Shown here one piece after another: positions 45,668 through 58,817 of a DNA stretch of 64,000 bases. Source of the DNA: Octopus vulgaris. Taxonomy: Eukaryota. The position numbers and the translations under genes are program-made. The stretch covers positions 17,546,001 through 17,610,000 of the forward strand of contig OX597840.1 in the NCBI GenBank assembly GCA_951406725.2. The letters run 5' to 3'. The notes below the pieces were generated by a model, which was given only the letters and a program-made list of their open reading frames with translations, had not been told where the DNA came from and did no database searches. Positions within the stretch are counted from its first letter, which is position 1, and each line of letters begins with the position of its first letter.

Positions 45668-46482
45668 GTATACTTTGGGTTAAGTCATTTCGATTTAAGT
45701 CATTCTCAATAATCGGTCAATTTTCAAAAATAATATATGGAAAAGTTAAAATCAAGTTAAGTCATTTTACTCGACTTTATATCTGTCTGCCACAAATATT
45801 GCAATCATAAAATCACTAGAAAACCATTAAAAGCACATAAAATCAGGTTACTGTACAATAAATAAGAATAAAAGCATATAAAATCATATTAAAATATGTA
45901 CAGTAAATGTTAAGATACACACCATAAAGCAGTGTAGCTTAGGGAACAAAATCATGAAATCCCCAAATTGTATGTATGTATTGGTAAATTTTAAATAATT
46001 AAGTTTTTTTCACTATTGTGAAATAATAATAATGACTGAATTTGTTCTTTTAAGTTTAAAAAAGACTTGTTTTACCATGTCTTATTGCAAACCACTTTCA
46101 TAAATAAAACCTCTGTGATGTGTGGTAAACACTGCCTAATTATATTCATAAATTTAGATTACTTTTTTTTTCCGTACTGTATTAAAAAATAAAAATTATT
46201 TGTTTCTAAGCTTAAAATAGTTTTATATTAACCATATTAACAGCGGTGGTGCCCCAGCATGGCCGTGGCCTTTGGGCTAAAACATTTTTAAGGATATATT
46301 ATTGAAAATGCATTCTGAATCGTCAGATTTTAATATGCTAGACTACTGGTTTTAAATTGATATTAATCAAATTAATATTCAGAACTGGAAATGGCTATTA
46401 TCAGTTTAGCCGAGAGACAAGTCAATTTGGCTTAAGTCATGTCTCCTGGAACCAATTAACGATGTAAGTTGAGGTGTCCCTG
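45665..46482. mobile_element. Tigger/pogo-like MITE in (TA)n
   Basis: TA|CAGGTATACTTTGGGTTA ... TAAGTTGAGGTGTCCCTG|TA degenerate TIRs. Confidence 0.55.
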
Positions 46483-46499
46483 TATATATATATATATAT

Positions 46500-47270
46500 T
46501 TAAAATGATAAGGGGTGAAAAATTGAATATTAATTTAATTAATATCTATTTAAAACCAGTGGTCTAGCATATTAAACTCTGAAGATTTAGAAAAATTATA
46601 TTAAATACATATAAGAGGAATGACCACTATGTGGACATCCATTATGCTAGAAGTAGATCTGCTATGGTCTTACCACTAAGAAAGGAATGTTCTCAAGAAA
46701 TTTAGCAAATGCCAGAATGAGATTACACATGTATACAGTTCTACCAATTACAATTTTTCTGAATCTTCAGATCTTAATATGCTAGAACAAAGGTTTTAAA
46801 TTTATATTAATCAAATTAATATTCAATTTTTTCACCCTTATTTAAATAACTATGTTCTCTAACTGGCAAAATTCACTGCAGAGAATTATTTCCTGTAGAA
46901 TTATTTTCGGTATTTTAACACACCAAAATGAAGTCTTTTGAAAGATAATTCCAAGTGTAATTGGTAGAACTGTATACATGTTCAATCTCATGCTAATGTC
47001 TCGTGTATATTTCTGCAAATTATATTTGCAAAGACGATCATACTGATGAGCTACAGACAATTACATAAGTAATTACATAAGTGATAATACTGAAACTGGT
47101 TTGTGATTAATCTATATTTTGTTTCTTTTCATTTGTCTTGCTCGCTTACATTCTGGCATTTGCTAAATTTTCTTGAGAACAATCTTTTCATAGTGGTAAG
47201 ACCATAGTGGATCTACTTCTAGCATAATGGATGTCCACATAGTGGTCATCCCTCTTATATGCATGTAATA
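46500..47270. repeat. Nested inverted-repeat element (related pieces 13040-13335, 41280-41660, 46310-46390)
   Basis: 46507-46597 vs 46753-46843; 46610-46718 vs 47150-47260; 46718-46752 vs 46956-46991 are each inverted pairs. Confidence 0.85.
47036..47108 (+). ncRNA. Hammerhead-like motif inside a nested fold-back element
   Basis: GATCATA-CTGATGA-(42 nt)-GAAA-CTGG-TT-TGTGATT; 7-bp stem I including G-U pairs; stem II weak. Confidence 0.55.
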
Positions 47271-47437
47271 TATATATATATATATATATAATCAAAATAA
47301 GCAACAAGGATAGCCAAGGTAGTGTAGTACAATCGTTTCATGCTACTTCATTTTATTCATTTTATTAAAATATAGATATATTTAATGCCTCAGATTACCT
47401 CTAGATGACAGTAACTCTCTTTGGTATATTCTTCCAG

Positions 47438-47583
47438 TGTCATCAACTTTACTTGGAGAAGCAGCAGATTTAATGATTGCAATGAAAGGGAGATGTGTAC
47501 CTTTTGCTGTGCTCATCCAACCGTATGCCCTCTTCATCCATGAACCCATTCTGATTGGGTCAACTGAACATAGGCAAATTCAG
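47438..47583 (+). CDS. DLEC1: DLEC1-like exon
   Basis: ...IAMKGRCVPFAVLIQPYALFIHEPILIGSTEHRQIQ; cAG / GTCAGT. Confidence 0.92.
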
Positions 47584-47709
47584 GTCAGTTGGAATATCTC
47601 TCTCTCTCTCTCTCTTGCTCTTTGTTTTCTCTCCTACCTCTCTCCTTTTCACTCTCTCTTGCACTTCTCTCTACTTTCCCTCCTTTTCTTCCCCCTCTCT
47701 CTCTGTATA

Positions 47710-48889
47710 CAGGGTGCGTAAGGTATTTGAGGACATTCATTTTTTTGGGTCATTGCTGCATTTTTTGCTAACTTTGTATAATCTTTGTTTCAGAAAATAA
47801 TAATATATATATATATATATTGTGGTTATTGTGGTTGTAAAGGCTGAGCATAGCGAATTAGAAATATCTCGATTTTTAAAATTGCCAGATCTTTTGTTTA
47901 CAAAATTTATAAGGCGATAGAGACTGAAGATGGAAACTTATCACCAGTGTCAAAACATAAAAAGCATTCTAAACGCTCTGAAATCCTCAGAACAACTGAA
48001 TTTATCCAGCAAGTTCAACAGATCATTGATTACAATCTCAGAAAGTCCATGAGGTCAACTGCAAAAGATCTCCATGTGTCAGAAGGAACAGTCAGAAATG
48101 TTGTCCACGAAGACGACAAATATAAGTCTTATATGATGAGGAAAGGTCATTTTGTCGGAAAAAGCAAAAGAAAATTACTACATCAGATCTAAAAGGCTCT
48201 TAAACAAGCAGAATAATAACAGAAGAAATGACAGATGGCTATGTGCAGATCCTTCTGAAGTTCTAAATGTTATGCATACAAAATTTCCTGCAACTGTAAT
48301 GGTTTTAGGGGTTGTCAGCAATAAAGGACATGTGATGCCTCCTTACTTCTTTCCACAAGACCTTAGAGTTAACTCTGCCGCCTTCACTGAGGTCCTGAAA
48401 ATAACTGTTGAGCCCTGGATAGACAGCATATGCAATGGAAGGCCATATTTGTTTCAGTAAGACTCTGCACTATCACACATGGCTCTAATAACACAGGAAT
48501 GGATGGCTGAAAATTTTCCTGACCATATAACCCCTAACATTTGGCCTCCTAATTCCCCAGATCTCAATCCATTGGACTATTACATATGGAGTGTGGTTTA
48601 GAGAGTGGTCAATGGACACGCCCATAACACCAAAGATTTTTTGAAAGCTGCCATAGTCAGAGTAATGTCCAAAATTAATGAGGACCACTTTATTCGAACA
48701 TGTAGAGGATTTAGATCTCATATAGAAACAGTTGTTGAAGCTGAAGGTGGCTTTATTGAATAACATTGTAGAAAAGAAGGTTTATTTTTATCTTCATATA
48801 ATTTTTTGATAAATAAAGTTATTATCTCTTATCATATATCTGTTTTTTTTATAAACATAAATCTGTCCTCAAATATCTTACGCAAATTG
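47710..48889 (+). mobile_element. Decayed maT-type (DD37D) Tc1/mariner transposon
   Basis: TA-flanked TIRs CAGGGTGCGTAAGGTATTTGAGGACA / TGTCCTCAAATATCTTACGCAAATTG; KFPATVMVLGVVS, DSA...WPPNSPDLNPLDY with 37 residues between the last two Asp; internal deletion and stops. Confidence 0.9.
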
Positions 48890-49317
48890 TATATGGTAGA
48901 AAACACTTGCACAAGTGCATTCTACTATAACCTTAGGCCAGCCAAAGCCTTGTGAGTGGATTTAGTAAATGGAAACTGAAAGAAGCATGCAGTGTGTATG
49001 TATTTGTATGTGTGTGAGTGTGTGTATGTAAGTATATGTGTGTATGTGTATATATGTGTGTATGTGTATGTATGTGCCTGTATGTATACGTCTTTGTGTC
49101 TGCGTTTGTCCCCTATCACTTCTTGACAACTGGTGTTGGTGTGTTTACATCCCCATACCTAGTGGCTCAGCAAAAGAGACTGACGGAGTAAGTACCAGAC
49201 TTTAAAAAGCTTTAAAAAAAGAAAAAGTATTGGGGTCAATTCATTTGACTAAAATTTTTCAAGATGATACTCCAGCATGGCCACAGTCAAATGACTGAAA
49301 CAAGTAAAAGATAAAAA

Positions 49318-49645
49318 GCATCATCATCATCATCATCGTTTAACGTCCGCTTTCCATGCTAGCATGGGTTGGATGGTTCGAATGGAGACTGGTAAGCCAG
49401 GAGGCCACGCCAGGAGGCCACGCCAGGAGGCCACGCCAGGAGGCCACGCCAGGAGGCCACGCCAGGAGGCCACGCCAGGCTCCAGCCTGATCTGGCAGAG
49501 TTTCTACAGCTGGATGCCCTTCCTAATGCCAACCACTCTGAGAGTGTAGTGGGTGCTTTTTACGTGCCACCAGCTCGGGAGCCAGTCAAGTGGCACTGGC
49601 ATTGGCCATGTTTAGATGGCGCTTTGTACATGCCACTGGCACAGG
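49318..49645 (-). mobile_element. RTE 3' end containing a 13-bp tandem array
   Basis: RTE 3' UTR with about 6 copies of CCAGGAGGCCACG at ~49398-49478. Confidence 0.8.
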
Positions 49646-50051
49646 AGCCAGTCGGGGCACAGTGGGGGTAGGGAGATGGCATATATATATATATATATGT
49701 ATGTGTGTGTATATGTTTGTGTGTGTGTGTTTGTCCCCACAATATCGTTTGCCAACCAATGCTGGTGTGTTTACATCCCTGTAATTTAACGGTTCAACAA
49801 AAGAGACCAATAGAATAAGTACTAGGCTTACAAAGAATAAGTCCTGGGGTCGGTTTGCTTGACTAAAGGCGGTGCTCCAACATGGCTGCAGTCAAAGACT
49901 GAAACAAGTTTTCGAATATATATATCCTCACCTCTCCCAGGAATTCTGGGTGGAGAAGATGGAAGGATGGATGGATTGTTGTTGGTAATTTTCTTTTAGA
50001 CAATATGTAGGATATTATTTTAATATTTCTATGTTTTTCTCATAATTCCAG

Positions 50052-50148
50052 GTCACCAACAACAGTTGCAATGAAATTAGCTTTCATTGGCAATGTGAAC
50101 ACTCTGATTTATTTATCATCAAAATGGAGCCAACAGAAGGAGTAGTTG
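50052..50148 (+). CDS. DLEC1: DLEC1-like exon
   Basis: VTNNSCNEISFHWQCEHSDLFIIKMEPTEGVV; cAG / GTAAAT. Confidence 0.9.
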
Positions 50149-50556
50149 GTAAATTCAATCCTTGCTTTAAAATATCATCATCATCATGCTCATTGTCATT
50201 TTACATCTGCTTTTAATGCTGGCATGGGCTGGATGAATAGTCACAGTCTGTGTAATTTTGTTTTTATTGGGAGCTGATTCCTTTATTTCAATTACTTCTG
50301 AAAAGAATGAATAATTTAGTAAAATAACTATCATTATTATGCTGGCATTTGGAATATAAATTAACATGAAATTCTGATAGACGTTTTAATTTAGGACACT
50401 TTAAACCTTGAAGTTTGTATCATAGAATGAGAGCAGACTCAGGCAGGTTGGTATGTAAATGGCCGACCGTTTTGTTAGCATATTTTAGTTCAAACACTCT
50501 GCCATTGTTTCATTTAATTTTGAAAAACAATAAATAATTTAGTAAAAACAACTTTA

Positions 50557-50846
50557 AAAACAGTTGCAGCATGGAAGGTGTTTAGAAGCCATTTAAAAAC
50601 GCACAAAATCTGTTAGATTCATTGCAACATTTAAATATAATTTGTCAAAATATTTTCATCGCTTTGAAACTGCGACCTGTTCGCTGATAAAATTCCATGC
50701 TGCATACGGAGGGGAGGGGAACAGGTAATGGTTAGAAAGTGATGAAAATATTTTGACAAATTGAATTTGAATGTTGAAGTAAATCGAACGGCTTTTGTAT
50801 GTTTCTTCAATGGCTTATAAACCACCATCCACAGTGCAATTGTTTT
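50557..50846. repeat. Fold-back element (~105-bp diverged arms)
   Basis: ..TTTGTCAAAATATTTTCATCGCTTT / AAAGTGATGAAAATATTTTGACAAA.. Confidence 0.8.
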
Positions 50847-51096
50847 TGTTTCAAGCACACGATCTCAGATCAAGTCACTTGCTATGCAAGTGCATCTCCG
50901 TAAAATAACTTTGTCCTTATTAAACTAGGATTTGAACTATAAATCTACATGAAGTTCTGTTGGAAGGTATTAATTTAGGCCATTTTAAAATAGGGAGTTT
51001 GTATCGCAGGACGAAGGGTGGTGCCAGATGGGCTGGTATCGAATGGTTAATATGTTATGTTTTTGTGTATTTTACCTCTTTTTCTCTCTTTTGTAG

Positions 51097-51227
51097 AAAC
51101 TGGAAAAACTGCAGACTGTCAACTGTGCCTTACTGGCTTAAAACCTGGGGAGATCAACATGCACTTAAAATGTTACCTTGAATACCAAGAGGAACCGATT
51201 TGCTACCATCTCCAGGCATCTTTCAAG
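51097..51227 (+). CDS. DLEC1: DLEC1-like exon
   Basis: TGKTADCQLCLTGLKPGEINMHLKCYLEYQEEPICYHLQASFK; tAG / GTAAAT. Confidence 0.9.
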
Positions 51228-51804
51228 GTAAATATCTCTCATCCACCCTCTCTTTCTCTCTCTCTGTCTGTCTCTCTTTCTCTCTCTTTCCCTCTCCCTC
51301 TCTATCTGTATCTCTTTCTCTTCCTCTCCCTCCTCTTTCTCTCTTTTTCTCTCCCTTTCTCCCTCTCTGTCTGTGTGTATCTTTTTCTTTTTTTCTTTCC
51401 CTTCCTCTTTCTTGCCCTCTCCCATTCCTCTATGCTTCTCTCTCTCCTGCTCTCCCCTCTTTCCCTTCTCTCTCTCTTCCCTGTCTCTCTCCTTCCCTCT
51501 GTCCCTCCCTCTCTCCCATCTCCCCTTCTCCCTTCCCCTTTATCCTCTCTCCTCCACTGAGAAATGTGGTGGGTGGACTTTGTTGCTGTGGCTTGGGCTG
51601 GAACTTGGTCCTACCTTAGAATAAGGGGATGCAGGACTTGAAACCCTTGACGAGCCCTTCCCCACCCTTTCTAAGTATTATTGTACTATTTAGAATTTAA
51701 TCTACTCTGGGGAAACTTCCTTGTTGATGACAGTTAATTCTAGCTTATAATAAGATATAGGGGCAGCCCCAAAAGGTAATTGTTGATGCGTCTTCTATTG
51801 ACAG

Positions 51805-51948
51805 GGTCCTAAAGTTGTCGTTGAAAATTCCAGCATCGACTTTGGTCTTGTCTGTCTTGGAGACTGTGTATTAAAAGAGTTGTGTCTTCAAAACAAGTCA
51901 CCGGTGCCAGCTGAATTCCACATTGCAGAAATCCCAGAACCAGATACG
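51805..51948 (+). CDS. DLEC1: DLEC1-like exon
   Basis: GPKVVVENSSIDFGLVCLGDCVLKELCLQNKSPVPAEFHIAE...; cAG / GTGAGG. Confidence 0.92.
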
Positions 51949-52973
51949 GTGAGGCTGCTTTTCCTGTTCTTAACTATTTCTGTCTGTCAGCCTGTCTGTG
52001 TGTGTTTGCCTGCATGTCTGTCTGCTGGTCTGTCTGCATGTCTGTTTGGCCTGTCTGTTGGTCTGTCTGTGTCTCTGTTTGTGTGTGTCCCATGTGCATG
52101 TATGTGTCTGTCTGTCTGTCCGTGTGTCCGTTTGCCAATCCAGTCATCTGACTCTCCTTCAGTTCATCTGTCTTTGCATTATCCACTTCAATCCCTTCAT
52201 GACTTTCTATCCTCAAGCAAGTGTGTTCTACTGTAGCCCTAGGAAGTAAGAAGCTTGCTTCCCAACCACATGGTTCCAGGTTCATTCCCACAGCAAAGCA
52301 CCTTGGGCAGGTGTCTTTTATGATAGCCTTGGGCTGACCAAAGTCTTGTGAGTAGATTTGGTAGGTGGAAACTGAAAGAAGCCAGTCGTCTCTCCTTGTT
52401 TTTTCTGTGTACCTTTCTGTAGAAGAGCATATGCTCGAAACGTAAAAGACTTTTTCTATTCCTGAGCGTTATACTAATACATCTGTTTGTTTTGTACACC
52501 ACCTGTCTTCATCTTTTGTTTTTTTCGTAAACTCTCCCTATGTATATATATATATATATATATATGTATGAATGTATGTATGTATGTATGTATGTATGTA
52601 TGTATGTATGTATGTATGTATGTATGTATGTATGTGTGTGTGCCTTTGTGTCTGTATTTGTCCCCCCATCACCACATGACAACCGGTGTTGGTGTGTTTG
52701 TGTCCTTGTAACTTAGTGGTCTAGCAAAAGAGACTGGTAGAATAAGTACCTGGCTTTAAAAAAAAATTAGTTCTGGAGTGGATTCATTCAGCTAAAAATT
52801 CAAGGTGCTGCCCCAGCATGGCCACAGTTTAATGACTGAAACAAGTAAATAATAAAAGAATAAAACTACTAACCAAAGCCTTGTGTGTGAATTTGAGAGG
52901 TGGAAACTGAAAGAAACCTTTTGTATGTATGTATTTGAGTGTGTCTCTGTGTGTTTGTGTGTGTGTGCATAAT

Positions 52974-53020
<47 letters not shown>

Positions 53021-53248
53021 TAATGATTTCAAATTTTGGTACAAGGCCAGCAATTTCAGGGGAGGGATGAGTCGATTACATCAACCCCAGTGTTCAACTG
53101 GTACTCATTTTATTGACTCCAAAAAGATGACAGGCAAAGTTGACCTCAGTGGAGTTGAGGTCAACCTTGCCTTTTGCCCTTTTGAGGTCAATAAAATGAG
53201 TACCAGTCGGACACTGGGGTTGATGTAATCGACTCATCCCTCCTCTGA

Positions 53249-53325
<77 letters not shown>

Positions 53326-53574
53326 TAATCCTTTCTACTATAGACACAAGGCCTGAAATTTGTGGGGAGGAGGCTAGTTGATTAGTTTGATCCCAGTATT
53401 TCACTGGTACTTAATTTATCAACTGCAAAAGGACGAAAGGCAAAGTCGACCTCGGTGGAATTGGAACTCAGAACATAGCAGCAGATGAAATACTCCTAAG
53501 CATTTTGCCTGGCATGCTAACGAATCTGCCAGCTCACTACTTTAATGATAATAATAATAATGAACTTATTGTAT

Positions 53575-55335
53575 ACAGGCGTAGGAGTGGCTGTGTGGTA
53601 AGTAGCTTGCTTACCAACCACATGGTTCCGGGTTCAGTTCTACTGTGTGGCACCTTTGGCAAGTGTCTTCTACTACAGCCTCGGGCTGACCAAAGCCTTG
53701 TGAGTGGATTTGGTTGACGGAAACTGAAAAAAGCCTGTCGTATATATGTATGTGTGTGTATATGTTTGTGTGTCTGTGTTTGTCCCCCAACATCGTTTGA
53801 CAACCGATGCTGGTGTGTTTACGTCCCCGTAACTTAGCGGTTCGGCAAAAGAGACCGATAGAATAAGTACTAGGCTTACAAAGAATGAGTCCTGGGGTTG
53901 ATTTTCTTGACTAAAGGCGGTGCTCCAGCATGGCCACAGTCACATGACTGAAAAAAGTAAAAGAGTAAAGAGAGTAAGGAGAGTAAGGAGTGCTCTGGTG
54001 CTCTACAAATCATCAAAAAAAGTTAACAAAACTGCACGAACAGTACGATAATATTCAGAGGAAGTGAACGGTGAATAAGTCTTAAAAGGAGGAGAAGAGC
54101 AAGAGCAAGAAGATGAAACTGGCGTGGTTGGGCATCAGGTGTACTGTTGGGGAGTTTCAGGTAGCCTGGAAGTTTTGAAGGATGTAGGGTCTCAACAGGT
54201 AACAACTGATGCAGCTAGTTTCTTCCATGCTTCAACTATTCTGAGTGCAAAAAACAAACATTTTTGCAATGGAATGTGTTTTGTTTTGTCCCAGGGTCAC
54301 ATGATGGTTGTAACTAAAGGACACACAGGGTCCTTTATTTACAATTCTCCATAAAAACATGTCTGAGTTTGGGAAAATATAACCTTATTTGGAAACCAGT
54401 TAAAGCTGGTGACAAGAAGGACATCTAGTTGTGGAAAATCTCTTGACAAATTCTCTCTGGGCCCATGTAAACATTGAAATGTAGATATTAAAACATTTTG
54501 GTTTCACTCAGCCTGAAGTTAGAGTAGAAGACTTTTGCCCCTGGTACCATGCATCAGGCACGAACCCAAAACAACATGATCAGGAATTGCAGATCTTAAT
54601 CATATATTTGCTATGATAACATCTCAAATTTTGAAATTCTTATATTATAAAAGAAAAACAGATCTCCGTATATCTGTCTGTCTGTCTGTCCTATCAGAGG
54701 GAGGGGAAGAAGGGGGAGAATCAAAATATCTGTATTTTTGGGGGAGGAAAAAAGTTGTTGTTGAGAGATAAATTCAGTGAGAGAGTGTGTGTGTGTGTGT
54801 GTGTAAAAGATAGATAGGTGGTGTTGTCACCATAGTAACTACAAGTTTTGATTAAAATGTTGGAATTTCAAGTGCAAGTCTGTCAACACAACATAGACTT
54901 CAAAAAAAGGCTATATGTATACTCTTTTACTCTTTTACTCTTTTACTTGTTTCAGTCATTTGACTGCGGCCATGCTGGAGCACCGCCTTTAGTCGAGCAA
55001 CTCGACCCCGGGACTTATTCTTTTTGTAAGCCCAGTACTTATTCTATCGGTCTCTTTTTGCCGAACCGCTAAGTGACGGGGACGTAAACACACCAGCATC
55101 GGTTGTCAAGCAATGCTAGGGGGACAAACACAGACACACAAACACACACACATATATCTATACATATATACGACAGGCATCTTTCAGTTTCCGTCTACCA
55201 AATCCACTCACAAGGCATTGGTCGGCCCGGGGCTATAGCAGAAGACACTTGCCCAAGGTGCCACGCAGTGGGACTGAACCCGGAACCATGTGGTTGGTTA
55301 GCAAGCTACTTACCACACAGCCACTCCTGCGCCTA
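53575..55335. mobile_element. Inverted SINE A pair (53575-53985 plus, 54920-55335 minus)
   Basis: Two full copies tail to tail. Confidence 0.88.
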
Positions 55336-56004
55336 TATATATAATATATATAGTTTTTTTTCGTTCTTTGTGTGTGTGTTTTTGTGTCTTTCAATCTATA
55401 AACAACGCAACATAAATTTCAAAAAGAAAAATCTTCCACTTTGAACAATTTATAAAGATACCTGCATGATTAACTATTATTTTTACTGACAGGAAACAAC
55501 CTAGAAATCATAAATTTGAAGAAATTTAGTAAAATAACCAACTTTTTCCAATGATTTAACTCATCATTTTTTAGTATCCATCTTCCATGTTGGCATGGAT
55601 TGGATGATTTGGCAAGATCTGATGAGGATCTGAGGACAGTATCTTGCTCCAGTGTCCACTTGACATGGTTACTACTGTAGGATGCTCTTCCGAATACTAA
55701 ACATTTTACAGAACATACTGGACATTTTTCTGTTATGGCAGAAGCACTAGTGAAATTCCCATACAATTCACAAGACAAAGATTCCCTTTGATTGAGTGGG
55801 GCTGCAGTAGAGAGGGAAAGAGCTTATGGTGTGAGATAAGCAGTTAAAATATGATAAAAGGGGCTGGAACAGAATAGGTCTGTTGCTGCAGAGGAGCTAT
55901 ACCAGAGGTCATATATATGAAAGGTTATATGTATAAGGGGTTAAACTATGGAAGCTGTGGAGGAGCTACATGACAACTCATATTACTGAAAAGATGTGGG
56001 AGTG

Positions 56005-56325
56005 ACTAGTAGGGGCTAAAAAAGTGAAGGCCCTCTTTGGTCACGAATGATAATGGGATTGCACCTACAAAGTTACCCTCCCAGGTACAAGTCTGGGCAC
56101 GGTTGTTTGTGGAAGACCAGCAGTCACCCATGCATACTGGCCTCCCACCTTTCCATGACACCAATGTTATCCTTGAGAAAGGCAAAGGGGCTGATACAGC
56201 TTGGCACCAGTGATGTCGCAACTCATTTCTACAGCTGAGTGAACTGGAGCAACGTGAAATAAAGTGTCTTGCTCAAGAACACAACACACAGCCCGGTCCA
56301 AGAATTGAGCTCACTACCTTATGAG
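56005..56325 (-). mobile_element. tRNA-headed SINE family D (head also at 34342-34520 plus)
   Basis: Shared GAGTTCAATTCCTGGACCGGGCTG..CTTGAGCAAGACACTTTATTTCACGTTGCTCCAGTTCACTCAGCTGTAGAAATGAG. Confidence 0.7.
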
Positions 56326-57086
56326 TCATATATCTTCACTTGTATGGGGCTAGAAAGAGATGAAATAGGGGTGTTGAGGTATCAGGGTGTGTCCTCAAAG
56401 CACAAATTGAATTGGAGGGGGGAGGGCTGGTAAAACAGAGAATGTTGGTAGGTAATGAGGGATAGTTAGAGGTGGGGAATGGGTGAGGGTGAGTATAACA
56501 AATGAAGAACAAGGGTTGAGGGATGATGAATATATATTAAAGAGAATGTAGGGATTTCTTGGATAAAACTATGAAAGGTTCAATCCTGTTCTGTGACGTT
56601 TCGGGCAAGTGTCTTCTAATAAAGCTCTTGACTGACCAATGCCTTGCAACAGAATTTGATTGACGGAAACTGTGTGGAAGCCTGTCAATTGTGAGTGCAT
56701 GTCTATGTGTTTGTTTCCCCCTGCTTCACAACTGGTGTTGGTTTGTTTATGTCTCCATAATAGTTCAGCAAAAGAGACTGACAAAATAATTACCAAACTT
56801 GGGAAGGAAGGAAGCTAAGTTCTGGAATCTGTGTGTTTGACTAAACTCTTCATAGTGGTGCCCCAGCATGGCCACAGTCCAATCACTGAAACAAGAAAAC
56901 AACAACAGATAAAAATCTCTAAAATAGTCAGGTTTGCATTATTGAACAAGGACCATTCCTGCCTCAGTCCCAGGGGGAATGGTTCTGGGTACAAGTCTTC
57001 AGAATATTGAAACGGTTTCCAATGAATTCTAGGTCCTTCTCTCTTATTCTTTCACATCCTTTGTCTCTCTGTTCTCTCATCTACAG

Positions 57087-57229
57087 GACCCAGTAGACTT
57101 AAATGTCTCCATTACTGAAGGAGTCTTGGCACCCTACCAATTTCTTAGCATCAATATGAGTTTTGCTCCAGATTCGGTGTATTCTTTGAAGACTAATTTG
57201 TTGTTGGAGGTGGTTGATGGAAATACCAG
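57087..57229 (+). CDS. DLEC1: DLEC1-like exon
   Basis: [28 protein letters not shown]...[10 protein letters not shown]; cAG / GTGAGG; phase 0-2. Confidence 0.9.
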
Positions 57230-57247
57230 GTGAGGAGGAACTGGTAG

Positions 57248-57248
57248 C

Positions 57249-57329
<81 letters not shown>

Positions 57330-57691
57330 TTTCTTTCTTTCTTTCTTTTTCTTTCTTTCTTTCCTTCTTTCTTTCTTTCCTTCCTTCTTTCTTTCTTTCC
57401 TTCTTTCTTTATTTCCTTCTTTCTTTCTTTCTTTCTTTCCTTCTTTCTTTCCTTCTTTCTTTCTTTCCTTTCTTTCTTTCTTTCTTTCCTTCTTTCTTTC
57501 TTTCCTTCTTTCTTTCTTTCCTTCATTCTTTCTTTCCTTCTTTCTTTCTTTCTTTCCTTTTTCTTTCTTTCCTTCTTTCTTTCTTTCCTTCTTTCTTTCT
57601 TTCCTTCTTTCTTTCCTTCTTTCTTTCCTTCTTTCTTTCTTTCCTTCCTTCTTTCTTTCTTTCTTTCTTTCTTTCTCCTTCTTTCTTTCCT

Positions 57692-57735
<44 letters not shown>

Positions 57736-57799
57736 TCCTTCTTTCTTTCTTTCCTTCTTTCTTTCTTTCTTTCTTTCTTTCTTTCCTTCTTTCTTTCCT

Positions 57800-57851
<52 letters not shown>

Positions 57852-57879
57852 TCCTTCTTTCTTTCTTTCTTTCCTTATT

Positions 57880-57939
<60 letters not shown>

Positions 57940-57974
57940 TCCTCCTTCTTTCTTTCCTTCTTTCTTTCTTTCCT

Positions 57975-58018
<44 letters not shown>

Positions 58019-58293
58019 TCCTTCTTTCTTTCTTTCCTTCTTTCTTTCCTTCTTTCTTTTTCTTTCTTTCTTTCCTTCTTTCTTTCTTTCCTTCCTTCTT
58101 TCTTTCCTTCTTTCTTTCTTTCCTTCCTTCTTTCTTTTTTCTTTCTTTCTTTCTTTCTTTCCTTCTTTCTTTCTTTCTTTCTTTTTTCTTTCCTTCTTTC
58201 TTTCCTTCCTTCCTTCCTTCTTTCCTTCCTTCCTTCTTTCTTTCCTTCTTTCTTACCTTCCTTCCTTCTTTCTTTCTTTCTTTCTTTCTTTCT
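57248..58293. repeat. ~1-kb (CTTT/CCTT)n polypyrimidine tract
   Basis: Direct inspection. Confidence 0.97.
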
Positions 58294-58329
58294 TGTGTGT
58301 GTGTGTGTATGTATATATTCACATACGTT

Positions 58330-58377
<48 letters not shown>

Positions 58378-58601
58378 TACATATTTACATATGTATGTAT
58401 GTATGAATGTGTGTGTGTGTATATATGTATTCTGCATATTCATGTGTTGTGTGTACAGACGTTAAAGATGATGACGACGATGATGATGATAATGATGTGT
58501 GTGTGTGTTTGTGTATTTAGGTTTGTGAATCCACTACTTTCTCATTCCAATAAAGAATGGAACATCTACCATTTATTCTTGTAACTTTCCAATTTTGCCA
58601 G

Positions 58602-58755
58602 TATTGTTGCCGTCCGTGGAGAGGTGGAGGTGCCATATGTTGTCCTGGAATCTTGTCAGTTAGACATGGGTGCCATTTCCTGTGGCATTGAAAACAGGTT
58701 CAGTGTGTCTCTGATTAATAATTCCTATGTAGAAGCACAATATGAATGGCTGAAG
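58602..58755 (+). CDS. DLEC1: DLEC1-like exon
   Basis: IVAVRGEVEVPYVVLESCQL...VSLINNSYVEAQYEWLK; cAG / GTAAG. Confidence 0.9.
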
Positions 58756-58817
58756 GTAAGCAGGAATTCTTTGCGATTGGCAGACACAAAAAAGGGTCCG
58801 ATTTTTCTGCTTTACAG

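Noticed and set aside
49398-49478. 13-bp direct repeats as a CRISPR-like array
   Set aside because: Head-to-tail with no spacers, inside an RTE 3' UTR; eukaryotic context
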